IMG/VR virus record: IMGVR_UViG_3300031994_000099
Location: 1,039-65,038 of that record
DNA from: a virus
Taxonomy: Duplodnaviria; Caudoviricetes
DNA: 64,000 nucleotides
Direction: 5' to 3' (one strand)
This document shows, piece by piece, positions 63,109-64,000 of the stretch. Every line of letters starts with the position of its first letter. Within the stretch, counting starts at the first letter, position 1. The position numbers and the translations under genes are program-made. The notes beneath the pieces are model-generated. The model did no database searches. It saw only the letters and a program-made list of their open reading frames with translations, and was not told the origin of the DNA.

Positions 63109-63933
63109 TTATTTGTCTGGCGGGACCTCCTGGCGGGCCCACACGGCAAACTTGAATTTGAATTCCTCTAGGCCAGCCCCTTGTTCGGCAAAGTCTAGCC
63201 GCTTGCGCCAAATTCCTTCGGCCCGTCTTTTTAGTCCTGCCGCATCATAGTCTGTTTTCCAGGACCGCTTGAATTTTTGTTCATACTCCTCCACGCACTT
63301 GATAAACTTTTCCCAGCGGTCCGGGAAATGTTTGGCCATATAGGCAATTTCCATTGTGGATAGGAACGGGCAGAAGCAGCAGCCCTGCCGCCTGAAAACC
63401 TTATACCAGTCACCGAACATTGGTTGGGTCCGGGCCCACTCCAATATAGTGTCCTCTACAATTCCCTCCTCAGCCAGGGGGTAGCAGACATCTTGATTTT
63501 CTTCAGGGTTCCAGGTCCCTACCTTATACTTGAACCGCTTGACCTCATCTGCACAAAATCCTATATATGCGACCGGGCGGCATGACTGCCCTTTTATCCA
63601 TTCCTCTAGTTGGGCCTTGCAATCTAGTTTGTAGTGCCTATTACACCACCTCACCTTGCGGTTAGGCATGCCCCACTTTTGATATAGTTCATCCCAGGAT
63701 TTTCGGGGCCGGATAGATTTGAACGGGATGCCCAGGGCCTCGCACATATTACGGATAGCCTTGACGCTGTCATATACAAAGGGCCATTCTATTTCCAGTT
63801 CAAAGTTTACCACCATGTCCAGGGGGTATTTTTGCGGGTTCTCTAGTATAATTTTCATCATATACAGAGAGTCCTTGCCGCCAGACACGGAGGCATAGTG
63901 GATAGGCCGCAGTGCAATTTCATTGGTTTTCAT
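63109..63933 (-). CDS. PAPS-reductase/DndC-like PP-loop Fe-S protein
   Basis: ASVSGGKDS PP-loop, RWCNRHYK, YPL, RQGCCFCPF. Confidence 0.85.
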   Translation of the reverse strand: MKTNEIALRPIHYASVSGGKDSLYMMKIILENPQKYPLDMVVNFELEIEWPFVYDSVKAIRNMCEALGIPFKSIRPRKSWDELYQKWGMPNRKVRWCNRHYKLDCKAQLEEWIKGQSCRPVAYIGFCADEVKRFKYKVGTWNPEENQDVCYPLAEEGIVEDTILEWARTQPMFGDWYKVFRRQGCCFCPFLSTMEIAYMAKHFPDRWEKFIKCVEEYEQKFKRSWKTDYDAAGLKRRAEGIWRKRLDFAEQGAGLEEFKFKFAVWARQEVPPDK

Positions 63934-63935
63934 TA

Positions 63936-63945
63936 GGGGGGGGGG
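63936..63945 (-). repeat. C10 homopolymer between SD and start codon
   Basis: Minus strand reads GGAGGA-CCCCCCCCCC-TA-ATG. Confidence 0.8.
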
Positions 63946-64000
63946 TCCTCCAGTTAGATAGGTTGATATTGAAAAATATAATTATTTCAACGCTGGGTCA

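Noticed and set aside
1-64000. Prophage/temperate features (integrase, att sites, CI/Cro switch)
   Set aside because: No recombinase or flanking host genes are visible; lifestyle cannot be fully settled because the genome may extend beyond the window.

Overview
The window is most or all of a roughly 57% GC tailed phage genome with a contractile (myovirus-type) tail. No integrase or CRISPR array is visible. Layout: minus-strand early and replication genes at 1-36 kb (primase, split SbcC plus SbcD, sigma factor, RuvC, RecA, SSB, clamp loader, tRNA-Arg(CCG), UDG-fused family A polymerase, clamp, DnaB, SNF2). Plus-strand packaging, head, tail and lysis genes lie at 36.1-61.3 kb, and minus-strand early genes resume at 61.4-64 kb. 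A rumen Fibrobacter-like host is a tentative inference from the tail-fibre N-terminus. Top candidate system: a cluster at 22.8-28.0 kb, between the replicative helicase and the clamp/polymerase. It encodes a fold-type II PLP enzyme, two paralogous SPL-like radical SAM enzymes, a second clamp-like protein, a small Lys-rich peptide and a DUF2156-like aminoacyl-tRNA-dependent transferase. I infer a new DNA hypermodification pathway (or a peptide-modifying one) that lacks the usual hmdU synthase, kinase and aGPT genes. Other highlights: a ~670-nt highly structured ncRNA candidate (32.8-33.5 kb) with its own promoter, structured RNAs flanking the tRNA, and a phage-specific CCGG-N7-GGTATAA promoter (8 exact copies). 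Also seen: a 5-copy early promoter cassette, a MuF-metallopeptidase toxin fusion, a -1 frameshift in the tail chaperone, apparent genome-wide avoidance of 4-bp palindromes, a recently swapped tail-fibre cassette, and a PAPS-reductase-like gene with a C10 tract between its SD and start codon. All family assignments come from motif recognition by eye, without database searches.
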